Shown here: positions 39,461 through 49,871 of the stretch, piece after piece
Numbering within the stretch: the stretch's first letter is position 1
How the letters are laid out: the number at the start of each line of letters is the position of its first letter
NCBI GenBank assembly: GCA_965248755.1
Contig: OZ252149.1
Location: 2,720,001-2,784,000, forward strand
DNA: 64,000 bases
Origin: Candidatus Latescibacterota bacterium
GTDB taxonomy: Bacteria > Latescibacterota > CBDEFO01
Direction: 5' to 3'
The notes under the pieces: model-generated
The model's database searches: none
What the model was told of the DNA's origin: nothing
What the model saw: only the letters and a program-made list of their open reading frames with translations
Made by a program: the position numbers and the translations under genes

Positions 39461-39731
39461 CTGACTTCTTCACAGGACTGTAAAGTGCGTTGACTCGAAC
39501 CGAATAACCTTTATTGCCTGAGCAATATCTTGGAGTGTAGAAAGCCTAGGGAGTCTTTCTGTCTTGCAGCTTCCTACTTGAGGTCAGCATTTGACCCGTA
39601 TCCACAAGTTAAGTTCGCCTTAGTATCTACAATGAACGACTGCCAGAAGAAAGGGCGCTTTGTTAGTTCTCACGCCAGAATAAAGGAGACCGGCTGCTCT
39701 TTTCCGATTCTGTCTCTGTCCGTGAGGGTTC

Positions 39732-40055
39732 TTACGCGCTGAAGGATTCGCCACAGCCGCAGGTTGACTTGGCATTAGGATTTTCTATCTTGAAGCCTGC
39801 CCCCATCAATCCATCTGTATAATCCAGCTGTGAACCAGCAAGATATAACGAACTCTTCATGTCCATAAAGACCTTGACATCTTTGCAATCTATTACCCTG
39901 TCGGACTCTTTGGGAGCTTCATCAAACGCAAGGCTATGCTGAAATCCCGAGCATCCTCCTCCCACTACCATCATCCTTAAACCGTACTCGGGTTGTCCGT
40001 GCTCCTCAGGCATCGTTTTGATCTTCTCATCTGCCGTATCTGTGACCGTTATCAT
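39732..40055 (-). CDS. iscA: A-type Fe-S carrier (IscA/ErpA/HesB)
   Basis: GGGCSGFQ, NPNAKSTCGCGESF. Confidence 0.93.
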   Translation of the reverse strand: MITVTDTADEKIKTMPEEHGQPEYGLRMMVVGGGCSGFQHSLAFDEAPKESDRVIDCKDVKVFMDMKSSLYLAGSQLDYTDGLMGAGFKIENPNAKSTCGCGESFSA

Positions 40056-40092
40056 TTTCCAAGCCTCCTGTTCTACTCAGAATCGCCGAACT

Positions 40093-40344
40093 TCAAAGGT
40101 CAAAATCCTGCTGTTCCACGATTAGTTCCTCAAGTTCGGGAACTTGGTTTTTTATATATCTTTCAACACCCGACTGCACCGTCATCTGAAGACCGGGGGA
40201 TTGTAAGAGACCTTCAAATCTTACTTTGGCTGAATTTCCAATTATCTCAATCAGTTCGATGTCGACACAGTCGTCTTTCAAAGCGGGTCTGATTTGGTTT
40301 AGGACCTCTTCTATCTTCTCTTTGATGCCAACATTTCCAGACAT
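40093..40344 (-). CDS. NifU-C/Nfu-like small protein lacking CxxC
   Basis: IEEVLNQIRPAL..D..DIELI.......VRFEG...T...GVE..IK..VPE pattern; lies between iscS and iscA. Confidence 0.7.
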   Translation of the reverse strand: MSGNVGIKEKIEEVLNQIRPALKDDCVDIELIEIIGNSAKVRFEGLLQSPGLQMTVQSGVERYIKNQVPELEELIVEQQDFDL

Positions 40345-40360
40345 ATTCTTCCTCTGCCTT

Positions 40361-41587
40361 TCAGACTTCTACAAATCCTGATGGGTCGTCTACCTTATTT
40401 AATTCTATCCCCTGAACTTTCATCCTGTACAGAGGGGACATCTCCCTCAACTTGTGGACATTTTCTATCACCGATTCTGTCACGAAATCCACCTCTTCCT
40501 CGGTGTTGTACCTGCCGAGTCCGAACCTGATGGACGTGTAGGCTAATGATGGGTCTATCCCCATCGCTGTCAGCACATAGGACGGCTCCGGATCCTTCGA
40601 TGTGCACGCCGATCCAGAGGATATAGCTATGTCCTTCAGGCTTAAAAGCAACGACTCTCCTTCTATGAACTCAAAGCTCAAGTTCAAATTACCGGGGAGT
40701 CTCTCCCTAAGATGTCCGTTCAGGTACACATATTCCACACCTTCGGTGATCCCTCTGTAAAGCTTATCTCTGAGGTACGTCAGTCTCGTTGCCTCCTCTT
40801 CCATCTTCTGTCCGCATATGTTGCAAGCTGCGCCGAGACCGACTATGCCAGACACGTTTAGTGTTCCGCTCCTGAGATTCTTCTCGTGTCCTCCGCCGTC
40901 AATTAGGGGTTTCAGTCTGATCCTCGGTCGCCGCTTTCTGATATACAGAGCCCCCACACCTTTGGGACCGTATATCTTATGCCCGGATATGGACATCATA
41001 TCGAGGCACAATTCGTCCACGTTACAGGGTATCTTACCCACAGCCTGAACGGCGTCACAGTGAAACAGGATGCCCCTCTCCTGGGCGATTCTGCCTATCT
41101 CGGGGACAGGATGCTTCGTGCCTATCTCGCTGTTGATATACATGATAGTGATAAGGATCGTGTCGTTCTTTATCGCTTGGGACACGTCGTCGGGATCGAC
41201 CATTCCGTACTTATCTACAGGCAAATATGTCACTTCGAATCCGTCTTTTTCCAAAGCCTTGCACGTATCCAGAACGGCTTTATGCTCGGTCTTACAGGTT
41301 ACGATGTGATTTCCCTTATGGCTGTAGCTGTAGGCAACCCCCTTTATCGCCATATTGTCTGATTCGGTCGCTCCGCTTGTAAAGATTATGTCCTCCGGAA
41401 AAGCCCCGATCAGGTTTGCCACCTGTTCTCTTGACTTTTGGACAGCGGCCTCAGCTATCTGCCCGAAGATATGACTACTGCTGGCAGCGTTCCCGAAGCT
41501 GTCCGTAAAATAGGGCATCATAACGTCCAGCACCCTGCGGTCTACAGGTGTTGTAGCGTTGTGATCCATGTATATAGGTTTTTTCAA
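40361..41587 (-). CDS. iscS: Cysteine desulfurase
   Basis: YMDHNATTP, FTSGATES, SGHKIYGPKG, SSGSACTS, LREMSPLY; TTG start after AAGGA. Confidence 0.94.
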   Translation of the reverse strand: MKKPIYMDHNATTPVDRRVLDVMMPYFTDSFGNAASSSHIFGQIAEAAVQKSREQVANLIGAFPEDIIFTSGATESDNMAIKGVAYSYSHKGNHIVTCKTEHKAVLDTCKALEKDGFEVTYLPVDKYGMVDPDDVSQAIKNDTILITIMYINSEIGTKHPVPEIGRIAQERGILFHCDAVQAVGKIPCNVDELCLDMMSISGHKIYGPKGVGALYIRKRRPRIRLKPLIDGGGHEKNLRSGTLNVSGIVGLGAACNICGQKMEEEATRLTYLRDKLYRGITEGVEYVYLNGHLRERLPGNLNLSFEFIEGESLLLSLKDIAISSGSACTSKDPEPSYVLTAMGIDPSLAYTSIRFGLGRYNTEEEVDFVTESVIENVHKLREMSPLYRMKVQGIELNKVDDPSGFVEV

Positions 41588-41657
41588 CGTAGAGAGTCCT
41601 TTGCGATCCCTGTATGCCGAGATATTTGCGAATTGACCCATAGACAGACTTGTATAG

Positions 41658-41686
41658 AATATAGGAGACTTTGACGTAAACGGCAA
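41658..41686 (-). promoter_or_regulatory. Putative iscS promoter
   Basis: TTGCCG, 17-nt spacer, TATATT on the minus strand. Confidence 0.5.
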
Positions 41687-42051
41687 GTTCTTTTTTCAGT
41701 GCTCTCCAAGGGATGTTTACTACACTTTCTGGGAACAACGGCCCCGATTGAGGATTGCGCTTTTTTACGTGTACATCGAATGTCTTGCTCACATCGTCCG
41801 ATAGGCCGGGGATGGCAGGGCGCCGCGAGTTAACAGACTGGAAGACGTGATAATTGTGTTCCAGCTTAGAAGTTACATAGAAAGATAGCAAGCTTTTGAC
41901 AACAAATCAATAGTTTTAACGTATCCGGACTGGACGTAGCAACATTCTTACACGTCCGGTGTAGGTCAACGGGCAGATACGTACGCACAGCTCTGTTAGG
42001 GCAACAGCTTTGGGCCTAACCCGATTACGCTTTGCGCGTTTACTATACCTC

Positions 42052-42333
42052 TCATTCTTCCTGGATCACGTCGGGGTGCGACTGAATTGACGGCGTCGCC
42101 ATGATTCGCCTCTGCTGCTCTTTAAGCTTGCCATACTCACCAAGATAGTAGTACACCTTCGCCCACGTCGAATGCTCAGGACTATACTTGTAGAGAAGTG
42201 TTTTCCGGTCGTGTTTCGCCCGCTAGGGTGTCGTCCCTCGTATGAGTAGCTCTATGAAGTACAACGCGTCGCCCGCTTCCACAGCCGGTTGGACGAGATA
42301 GTGCAGGCCCCACTTAAAACGCCTTGGGTCCAC
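42052..42333 (-). pseudogene. 3' remnant of a phytanoyl-CoA dioxygenase (PhyH)-family gene
   Basis: Hand translation QPAVEAGDALYFIELLIRGTTP*RAKHDRKTLLYKYSPEH; TAG at 42223-42225 where W is usual; 5' part missing. Confidence 0.6.
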
Positions 42334-42377
42334 ATGAAAAGTGGCCCAGATGTGAGCAGCAGGCTCAAGAAATGTGA

Positions 42378-43073
42378 CTATATAGCTAACTCTACCAGAC
42401 CATCGCGCATCCGAACAATGCGCTCTGCCTGGCCGGCGATATAGCTTTCGTGGGTCACCATGATGATGGTATTTCCCTGATCTTTAAGGATCTTGAAGAG
42501 CTGTATGATCTCCTCTCCGGTCTTGGTATCCAGATTTCCTGTGGGCTCGTCTGCAAGGATAATAGAGGGGTTGTTCACCAATGCTCGGGCGATGGCCACA
42601 CGCTGTCTTTCTCCCCCCGAAAGCTCGTTAGGCTGATGCTGTAGGCGATCTTTAAGACCTACTTTCTCCAGGGCTTCTTGAGCGCGGCGCTTGCGTTCAT
42701 CTTTGAGGGTACCATCGTAGACCAGCGGCAATTCCACGTTGCGCAGGGCCGTAGCTCGGGGAAGAAGGTTGAACGTTTGAAAGACAAACCCTATCTTGCG
42801 ATTCCGTACATAGGCAAGCTGGTCGTCGTCCAGATCGCTGACTTTTTCTCCCTCTAAACGGTACACGCCCAAGGTAGGTGTGTCAAGACAGCCTATAATG
42901 TTCATCAAGGTGGACTTGCCGGAACCCGACGGCCCCATAATGGCCACATACTCATTGGCATTGATCTGGACGTTGATGCCTCGCAAGGCATGGACCTCCT
43001 GCGTTCCCAACTGGTAAATCTTCACGATATCTTGTAGATCGATCAGGATCTCAGAAGGCACTTCTTTCTCCAT
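42378..43073 (-). CDS. ABC transporter ATP-binding protein (MacB/LolD-type)
   Basis: [33 protein letters not shown]. Confidence 0.95.
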   Translation of the reverse strand: MEKEVPSEILIDLQDIVKIYQLGTQEVHALRGINVQINANEYVAIMGPSGSGKSTLMNIIGCLDTPTLGVYRLEGEKVSDLDDDQLAYVRNRKIGFVFQTFNLLPRATALRNVELPLVYDGTLKDERKRRAQEALEKVGLKDRLQHQPNELSGGERQRVAIARALVNNPSIILADEPTGNLDTKTGEEIIQLFKILKDQGNTIIMVTHESYIAGQAERIVRMRDGLVELAI

Positions 43074-43191
43074 TTTCCTATCTTTCAAAATTACTGTAGG
43101 ATCAGACCCACCTGTCCGACTTGAAAATATCCATAGACTTCCAATGACAAAGGTCGGCTTAGGATCTGTGTGATATCTATCACATGGTATT

Positions 43192-44724
43192 TCATCTAAC
43201 TCTTTCCACGAGACTCCGATCTCTCTCAAAGTCGTACAGGGTCTGGCGCTTCAGATCGGCCACCGCAAGTTGATACTTGATGTAGGCGTTAAGGTAGTCC
43301 GAGCGAGCCCCGGTAAGGGCGTCGAGGGCATCGGCGAGGACTTGGCTTGTAATGTCGCCATTTTCGAAGCGGGCAAGGCTGATATCATAGCTTTTTTGAG
43401 CCACTTCCTCACTCTTTTTGAGGACATCGAGGCTGTTGCGCGAGGACTTAAGTTGCGTGATTACTCTTCGTATCTGCAGCTCTACGCTACGCTGCTTCTC
43501 CATTACATCTAACTCTCTCTGTTTGAGCCTCCCTCGTGCGACCTCCACTTCAGCTCGGTTTACCCCGGAGTCCCAGAGCGGAACGGTAACGATGAACTGG
43601 ACGCCACGATTGCGAGGTCGGCGACGCAAGTCATCTATGCTCGATTCAAAGAGGTCGGAGGTGCCAGTGTCAAACGATAGAGACGGGTCACTGATCCCAG
43701 TGAGCTCGTAGGACGCTCTTATATCTGCCTTGATAGCGGTTAAGGCGTCGGTCTCACGAACGGTGATTTCGGCCAGCCGCCGGTTGATCTCATTCTCACG
43801 AATTTCGGCTCGATGGCGCAGGCCATGTTCGATGGCTTTGGCTTCATCCACTTCGAACAGGTTCAGCGCAAAATCGGTTTCCACTGTTACTTCCTCCTCG
43901 AGCGGCAGACCCACCGTCATCTTGAACTGGTCCGCCACCCGTGACTGGCCGCTCTCGGCATCCAATAGATCGTTTTTGCTCTGTGCCAGCTTGACCTCCA
44001 TCTGCAAGGCCTCCACTTCCGGGATCAAGCCGGCCTCGAACTTCTTCTGGGCTAATTCGTAGGACTGCTCCTGCTGTTTCACCTCTTCCCGTGCGATCTC
44101 CCGGCGTCGTGTGGCGTTGTAAAACTCGTAAAACGCCTCTGTGACATCGTAAATAATATCCAGTTGGGTGCGAGTGTACTGTCGCTGCTCCTGCTCGAGC
44201 TGCAGATTGGCCCGCTCTAGGCCTAATTTTAGAGTGTTAGGCACAAATAGCGGCTGTCGAAACTCAATCCTGAACGAGGTAAAAAAACGCTTGGTTCGTT
44301 GGGTCTCATCAAGCTGGTCGATTACCGATTTGCGGCTCTGATAAAGATCTGAATTCAGGATAACAATGCCGTTAGTGGGCAGAGGCTGTCTGATTTGCAG
44401 CCGACTTTGCCACTGCAGTGACCCAGTCGTATTATAAGTTGGAAGTTTATTGGGTGCAAAGATAGGCTGCACCTGTTCACTAAAGTTCGGCGCGTTCAGA
44501 ATTAAATCCGCTTTAGTCTTGAAACTCCCTTTGGCGGCTATCATGTTTTGCTCGGCTTGATGAAGTCGCAAGTCGCGGATGCGGGCGGCGTAGCTCTCTT
44601 CTGAGGCCAGCGCGATGGCATCATCGAGTGTGAGAACAACGGCTCTATCCTGAGCCAACGCTGAGGTCATTAGGACTATCCACGCGATCAGAAAGACCAG
44701 ACGGCCAATAAGACCACTCATCAT
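43192..44724 (-). CDS. TolC-family outer-membrane efflux protein
   Basis: Signal peptide, [10 protein letters not shown], duplicated OEP helices (KKFEAGL, ARFENG). Confidence 0.88.
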   Translation of the reverse strand: MMSGLIGRLVFLIAWIVLMTSALAQDRAVVLTLDDAIALASEESYAARIRDLRLHQAEQNMIAAKGSFKTKADLILNAPNFSEQVQPIFAPNKLPTYNTTGSLQWQSRLQIRQPLPTNGIVILNSDLYQSRKSVIDQLDETQRTKRFFTSFRIEFRQPLFVPNTLKLGLERANLQLEQEQRQYTRTQLDIIYDVTEAFYEFYNATRRREIAREEVKQQEQSYELAQKKFEAGLIPEVEALQMEVKLAQSKNDLLDAESGQSRVADQFKMTVGLPLEEEVTVETDFALNLFEVDEAKAIEHGLRHRAEIRENEINRRLAEITVRETDALTAIKADIRASYELTGISDPSLSFDTGTSDLFESSIDDLRRRPRNRGVQFIVTVPLWDSGVNRAEVEVARGRLKQRELDVMEKQRSVELQIRRVITQLKSSRNSLDVLKKSEEVAQKSYDISLARFENGDITSQVLADALDALTGARSDYLNAYIKYQLAVADLKRQTLYDFERDRSLVERVR

Positions 44725-44799
44725 TATATCTCCTTAATAAATCTTCCGCTAGATAGTAGATAGGCATGGGCGGCGGCGCCCTGACTATTGTCTACGTAT

Positions 44800-46038
44800 C
44801 TACTCATACCGCAGAGCTTCAATCGGGTTGATGTTGGCTGCGCGACGCGCCGGGAAGGTGCCCGAAACGATGCCTACCGCACCGGCCACGGCAAAGGCCA
44901 CGAACACATATAGGGGCGACACGACGGTTTTGAACTCGGCGATGGAGTCGATTATCAAAGACATACCGATGCCCAGCGTGACTCCGATGACCCCACCCAC
45001 AAGACTCAGCCCCACCGCCTCAATCAGAAACTGAGCCATAATATCCTTCCGTCTGGCGCCAAGGGCGCGGCGAACGCCGATCTCGCGGGTGCGCTCAAGG
45101 ACTGTGGCCAACATGATGTTCATAATGCCAATGCCGCCGACTAACAGGGAGATGGCGGCAATTGAGCCGAGCACCATATTGTAAATACGCCTTTCTTTTT
45201 CCTCCTGCTTCAAGAGTTCATAAGGAATCACAATGTCGAAGTCGTCGTTGTCGTGATGACGCCTATTCAAAATTCGTCGGATAATCGCTGCACTTTCCAC
45301 CAGTTGGCTCGAATCCCGTATTCTAATGGTCAACTGATCGATCTGACTTTCTAAGAGTTCGGATTTGTCGAATCGCCGCAGGAAGGAAGAGAGGGGAATA
45401 TAGATGTCTTGATTCAGATTGCGCGCCGCCAACTCACCCACCGTTTCGGTGAACAGCGACTTGCTGCCCATCGTTCCTATAGCCTCGAACCACTGGTCTT
45501 CCACTTTGACGAGCTTTCCCAGGGGATCTTCTATGGGGAAGAGGGTCTTGGCCACGTCAGCGCCCAGCACGCAGACCCGCTGTTCTTTCTTGTAATGGTC
45601 GTCGGTCAAGAAAGTACCGCTGTTGGGCTCGTAGTTGAGAAGGTGGCGGAAGGCGGGGGCAACGCCCACAAGGGTTGCTTTGGTGGATTTGTCTTCGTGC
45701 TTGGCTTCTACCTCTAATTCGGCCTGCGGAGCCAGCTTTTCGACAGTTGGGACAATGGCTAATATGGCCTCAGCGTCCTTTAGAGAGAGACCCTGGGAGA
45801 ATTTAGCCCGGGTTTCTTCTAATTCCTCTTTGCTTAAGTCTTTGTCTCTGACGATGATATTGTTCACACCCAGGGTTTTGAATTTCTCCAATGCCTCCCG
45901 TTTAGCCCCTTCGCCGATAGCGAGCATAGAGATCACGGCTGCGACGCCGAAGATGACGCCGAGCATCGTCAAGATGGAGCGCAGCTTGTGATCCATCAGG
46001 CTTTCCAGGCCGATGCGTAGCTGTTCGCGGGTCTGCAT
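44800..46038 (-). CDS. ABC transporter permease (MacB/FtsX-type)
   Basis: RSILTMLGVIFGV, GGIGIMNIML..V.ERTREIG.RRALGA, PIEALRYE. Confidence 0.95.
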   Translation of the reverse strand: MQTREQLRIGLESLMDHKLRSILTMLGVIFGVAAVISMLAIGEGAKREALEKFKTLGVNNIIVRDKDLSKEELEETRAKFSQGLSLKDAEAILAIVPTVEKLAPQAELEVEAKHEDKSTKATLVGVAPAFRHLLNYEPNSGTFLTDDHYKKEQRVCVLGADVAKTLFPIEDPLGKLVKVEDQWFEAIGTMGSKSLFTETVGELAARNLNQDIYIPLSSFLRRFDKSELLESQIDQLTIRIRDSSQLVESAAIIRRILNRRHHDNDDFDIVIPYELLKQEEKERRIYNMVLGSIAAISLLVGGIGIMNIMLATVLERTREIGVRRALGARRKDIMAQFLIEAVGLSLVGGVIGVTLGIGMSLIIDSIAEFKTVVSPLYVFVAFAVAGAVGIVSGTFPARRAANINPIEALRYE

Positions 46039-47238
46039 TTAAACCTCTTTCCGTCGTGGCACGACTGCTACGCGGTCACCGGGATGTAACTTTCCGTGCA
46101 CCACCACAGAACTGGTATTGCGCGGGCCAAGCGTTACCGGGATCCGGCGCAACTTGGAGCCGTCTTTGACATAGACAATGGATTCTCCGTCCTCCCGATG
46201 GATGCCGGCGTGGTCTACAAACAGGGCACCATCTAATTCTGCCAATATAAATTCGCAACTGACGGTCATACCCGGACGCAGGATAGGGTCCGACTTGTCC
46301 AATAGCACTTCCACGTCGAAGATCTTGATCTTGCTTTTTCTTTCTTTTCTACGAGTGATTTTGCTGATCTTGGTAACAGCCCCATCAAAGGCGATTCGTG
46401 GAAAGGCGTCGAGTCGCACAGATGTTTTCTGTCCAACGTGAACCTTGCTGATGTCCGTCTCGTTTACCGAAGTTATGACTTTCATCTGGCTCAGGTCGGG
46501 CAGGCCAATCAACGGTCGAAACCACCATAATTGGTCGCCAACGGCAATCTTTTTTCCGGTTCTCCGATTCCTGAGATATTCGATCATTCCATCGGAAGGT
46601 GCGCGCACGGTAAATCTTTCAACGGTCCTTTCTGCAGCCTCGATAGCTGAAAGGGTCTGAGCAATCTTCCTTTGCTTAATCTTCAACTCCTCGGCATGTA
46701 TTCTGCTCTTAGACTCGCTCTTCCTCCGGATCTTGTTAGAGGAGATTTCAGCTTTTCGGAGTCCAAGTTCGGCTATCTCCCGCCTGGAGGGCGATTGGAA
46801 TCTAATCCGCTCGGTCTCGATCTGAGCCGATCTCAGGGCGGCTTCAGACGAACGCCGGTCAGCCTCTAACTGTTTTATTTCGGTCTCTTGTCCGGCCTTC
46901 AGTACGGCAAGGTCGGCATAGGCGATCTCCAACTCCGCCTCTTGTTGTACCAATTCCCGGAGAACGCGCGAGGTTCCAATCTGCCCGATGACCTCTCCTT
47001 TGCGAACCTTGGTGCCCTCCTTTGCCAGTTGGGTGATTTCCTGCCTGCGATACCTCCAAGGAAAGAATGGCATAAAAACGGTTACATAATTGACAGCCTG
47101 AAGTTCACCCGTCTCGGCGATGGTAGAGCGAAACTTGCCCCGTTCTACTCTGACAAACCTTTTATCATCCCTGTAGTCGCCGCAGGCGACGAGCAGGGCA
47201 ACCGCCGCGACGATCACCGATGCACCGATTTTCCTCAC
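46039..47238 (-). CDS. Periplasmic adaptor (MacA-like MFP) no. 3
   Basis: Lipobox LVAC, long alpha-hairpin, RAPSDG, VNETDI, LRPGMTV. Confidence 0.88.
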   Translation of the reverse strand: MRKIGASVIVAAVALLVACGDYRDDKRFVRVERGKFRSTIAETGELQAVNYVTVFMPFFPWRYRRQEITQLAKEGTKVRKGEVIGQIGTSRVLRELVQQEAELEIAYADLAVLKAGQETEIKQLEADRRSSEAALRSAQIETERIRFQSPSRREIAELGLRKAEISSNKIRRKSESKSRIHAEELKIKQRKIAQTLSAIEAAERTVERFTVRAPSDGMIEYLRNRRTGKKIAVGDQLWWFRPLIGLPDLSQMKVITSVNETDISKVHVGQKTSVRLDAFPRIAFDGAVTKISKITRRKERKSKIKIFDVEVLLDKSDPILRPGMTVSCEFILAELDGALFVDHAGIHREDGESIVYVKDGSKLRRIPVTLGPRNTSSVVVHGKLHPGDRVAVVPRRKEV

Positions 47239-48500
47239 TGCGCGTCCTCCTTTTTTATGTCCGAAGCTCCTTTCATCCGATCAACTCTGGGGTCGGTCAA
47301 AGCCACCTGATCACCCTCTTTTAACCCTTCCGTGATGATCACGTAGTTATCGTTCTCGGTGCTCACGGCAACATGCCGCGGCTTAAAATCTCCGCCCTTT
47401 TTGAGGTAAACTATATTCTTGCCGTCCTCTCTGAAGAGAGCCTCCAGAGGTATGAAAAGCGTATCTGGTATCTGCTCCACGATGATCTCGCAACTGACAG
47501 TCATTCCGGGCATGAGCTGTTTGTTGTTTTCATCCAGCAGGATTGTGGCGTCGAAGACCTTTACCTTCGATTCCCTGTCTTTATTCCTTCCCATGACTGC
47601 GACCTCAGACACATGGCCGTGAAAGCTGGTGTCGGGATAGGCGTCGAGCTTTATGATGGCGGACTGACCGGTGCCTATTTTGGCGATGTCCACTTCGTTG
47701 ATCTGAACTTCCGCTTTCATCGAACTCAGGTCGGGCAAGCCGATAATGGACTCGGCTCTCCAAGTCTGGTCGTCAACCTGAAACTTGGCGCCCGTCCTCC
47801 GGCTTTTGCGGATGATGGCGATTCCGGGAGCAGGCGCGGTAACGGTCAGTTTGTCAACCGTCTCTCTGGCTTCGTCTAACCTCGTCTGCACCTGCTGAAC
47901 CTTCAGCTCCAGTTTGCTGATCTTTTGGCGATTGACGATCTTCTTGTTTTCGATCTCCTGCTGGGCCTTCTCCAGAGCGATAGCCGCTTTCTCAAGATTA
48001 AGCTCAATCTCCCTGAGCTTGATTTCGGCCTCGAACGACGCCTGCTCCAATTTCAACTGGGAGATTCTATGATTCAACTTGGCGATCTCAAGATTGGCCA
48101 GCGACTCCTCCATCTCGGACTGGTGGCTAACTTGGGCCTTCCTCAGTTCCGACTGGGCGATCTCCAACTCGGTCTGGGCGTCCACGATGCCCTTTTCAAT
48201 TTCGCTCTTATCGAATTCGATCAGCAGGTCTCCTTCTTCCACCTCTTTGCCGTCTTCGACAAGTTGAGTTATTTTAAGCTCGCCCAAGCGCCAGGGCATC
48301 CACGGAGCAGAGATTATTTTGGAGTTGACTGCCTCCAGTTCTCCGGTCTCTGTTACGCTGTTGACGAATTCCCCTCGTTTGACGGTGTACGTCTCCACAA
48401 ACGATCCTGAACCCGAACCACAGGCAATCAAGAGCATCAAGGCGATAGTTAAGCCCGATAGATTCAATCGGGGTAGAAATAGGTAATGTTTTCTGAGCAT
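47235..48500 (-). CDS. Periplasmic adaptor (MacA-like MFP) no. 2
   Basis: Lipobox LIAC, TAPAPG, INEVDI, LMPGMTV; ATG 48500 after GAGG. Confidence 0.88.
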   Translation of the reverse strand: MLRKHYLFLPRLNLSGLTIALMLLIACGSGSGSFVETYTVKRGEFVNSVTETGELEAVNSKIISAPWMPWRLGELKITQLVEDGKEVEEGDLLIEFDKSEIEKGIVDAQTELEIAQSELRKAQVSHQSEMEESLANLEIAKLNHRISQLKLEQASFEAEIKLREIELNLEKAAIALEKAQQEIENKKIVNRQKISKLELKVQQVQTRLDEARETVDKLTVTAPAPGIAIIRKSRRTGAKFQVDDQTWRAESIIGLPDLSSMKAEVQINEVDIAKIGTGQSAIIKLDAYPDTSFHGHVSEVAVMGRNKDRESKVKVFDATILLDENNKQLMPGMTVSCEIIVEQIPDTLFIPLEALFREDGKNIVYLKKGGDFKPRHVAVSTENDNYVIITEGLKEGDQVALTDPRVDRMKGASDIKKEDAQ

Positions 48501-48600
48501 ACACAACCTCTTGGACAAATAAGTAGGTAGGGCACCGCCTCTTCAGCCACCAAGGCACAAACATATTAAAACTAGTGTCTTCGTGGCTAAGCTTCGCCAT

Positions 48601-48634
48601 TCCCTGTATGCTGTCTACTGTTTGCTGTCTACTG
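48601..48634 (-). repeat. Heptamer tandem repeat CAGTAGA CAGCAAA CAGTAGA CAGCATA CAGGGA
   Basis: Read on the minus strand; overlaps the adaptor no. 1 stop codon. Confidence 0.8.
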
Positions 48635-49871
48635 AAGTGATGAGGGAAGGACTCGGTTCTCTTAAGGCCAACTCCTCCCCAACGGTCAGGCCAGTATCTA
48701 TGACAGCGAAGTCGTTGCTCCGTTTAGCAAGAGTCACTTCCTTAGGCACGAACGCCGACACTCTGCGAACGTAAGCTACCTTCAGGCTGTCCTTTTCAAA
48801 TATGCACTCAAGAGGAATGGCCAAAGCATCCGGTATCTCTTCGACGACAATTTCGCACCGCGCCGTCAATCCCGGAACGAGATCTACGTCTGTGCTGTCT
48901 ATCTCCACAATAACCTCCACTTTCTTGACTTTTGAGTTTCTCCGAATGGGTTTTGCCATATTTTCTACTTTGGTAACTTTTCCAGAAAGGTGAAAGTCGC
49001 CTAGCGATGATACAGTGACTGTGGCCATTTGTTCCGTTTTCAGTTTCTGCGCTTCGGTCTCACCAATCTGTAGCTTGACCTGCATAACAGATAGGTCCGG
49101 GATTTTTACGACCGGACTGTAGTGCAGCATGTCCCCCTCCTGAACTTTCCTGCCGGTTGCCGGGTTCTTTTCGTGGACTACAATGCCCGCAACGGGAGTC
49201 CTTAGCACCAACTTATCTAAGGAGAGCTGGGCACGCTCGACTTTGTTTTCCTCCTGCTTGACCTTCAATTGCAAACTGGTGAGTTCCTCTTTCTCGATAG
49301 CCTCCAGAGATTGCAATTTCTTGCGATTCTTCTCCACTTCCATCTCAGACTTTGCCATTTTCAGCCTTTCGATCTCACGAACTCTGGGAGCCATAAATTC
49401 CAGTTTCGGCAGTTGCAGTCTGGAAATGGCCACAGCAGCCTCGGAGCTTCTCATCTGGGATTCGAGGAGAAACCGTTGCAGTTTCAGGTCGGCTTCCTTC
49501 GTTTTGACTTCGGCTCGGGCGATTTCGAGCTCGTCCTGAGCGTTTTTGTAGTCCTTTTCGATCTGCTCAGATTTAAAGGTCACCACCACATCGTCCACCT
49601 CGACTACTGAAGCCTCCGGTGCCAGGTAGGAGATTTCTGGCGCGGGATGGACGTGCGGCGCGCTTAGAACGTGGGCGGTTTTGGCTTCAAGCTCGCCCTC
49701 GGCATCGACAGTGATAGTGAAGTTGCCGCGAGAGGTAGTAAAGGTTATTTGCGAATTTAACGAATCGGAGGACTTGCAGCTAAAACAGGATATTAATAGA
49801 ACAAGGAGCAGGGCGGCGCGCCCATTCCGTCTCACCTGCACCAAACTGCGGGTTCTGACAAGCTTTGCCAC
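48615..49871 (-). CDS. Periplasmic adaptor (MacA-like MFP) no. 1
   Basis: Hydrophobic/lipobox-like N-terminus, RTPVAG, IPDLS.M, LVPGLT. Confidence 0.85.
   Translation of the reverse strand: MAKLVRTRSLVQVRRNGRAALLLVLLISCFSCKSSDSLNSQITFTTSRGNFTITVDAEGELEAKTAHVLSAPHVHPAPEISYLAPEASVVEVDDVVVTFKSEQIEKDYKNAQDELEIARAEVKTKEADLKLQRFLLESQMRSSEAAVAISRLQLPKLEFMAPRVREIERLKMAKSEMEVEKNRKKLQSLEAIEKEELTSLQLKVKQEENKVERAQLSLDKLVLRTPVAGIVVHEKNPATGRKVQEGDMLHYSPVVKIPDLSVMQVKLQIGETEAQKLKTEQMATVTVSSLGDFHLSGKVTKVENMAKPIRRNSKVKKVEVIVEIDSTDVDLVPGLTARCEIVVEEIPDALAIPLECIFEKDSLKVAYVRRVSAFVPKEVTLAKRSNDFAVIDTGLTVGEELALREPSPSLITSVDSKQ

Noticed and set aside
41925..42022. Integron attC site (GTTAGGG / CCTAAC words; also CTAAC near 50505)
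   Set aside because: The arrangement does not give a proper R''-L''-L'-R' structure after a cassette ORF, and no integron integrase is present.
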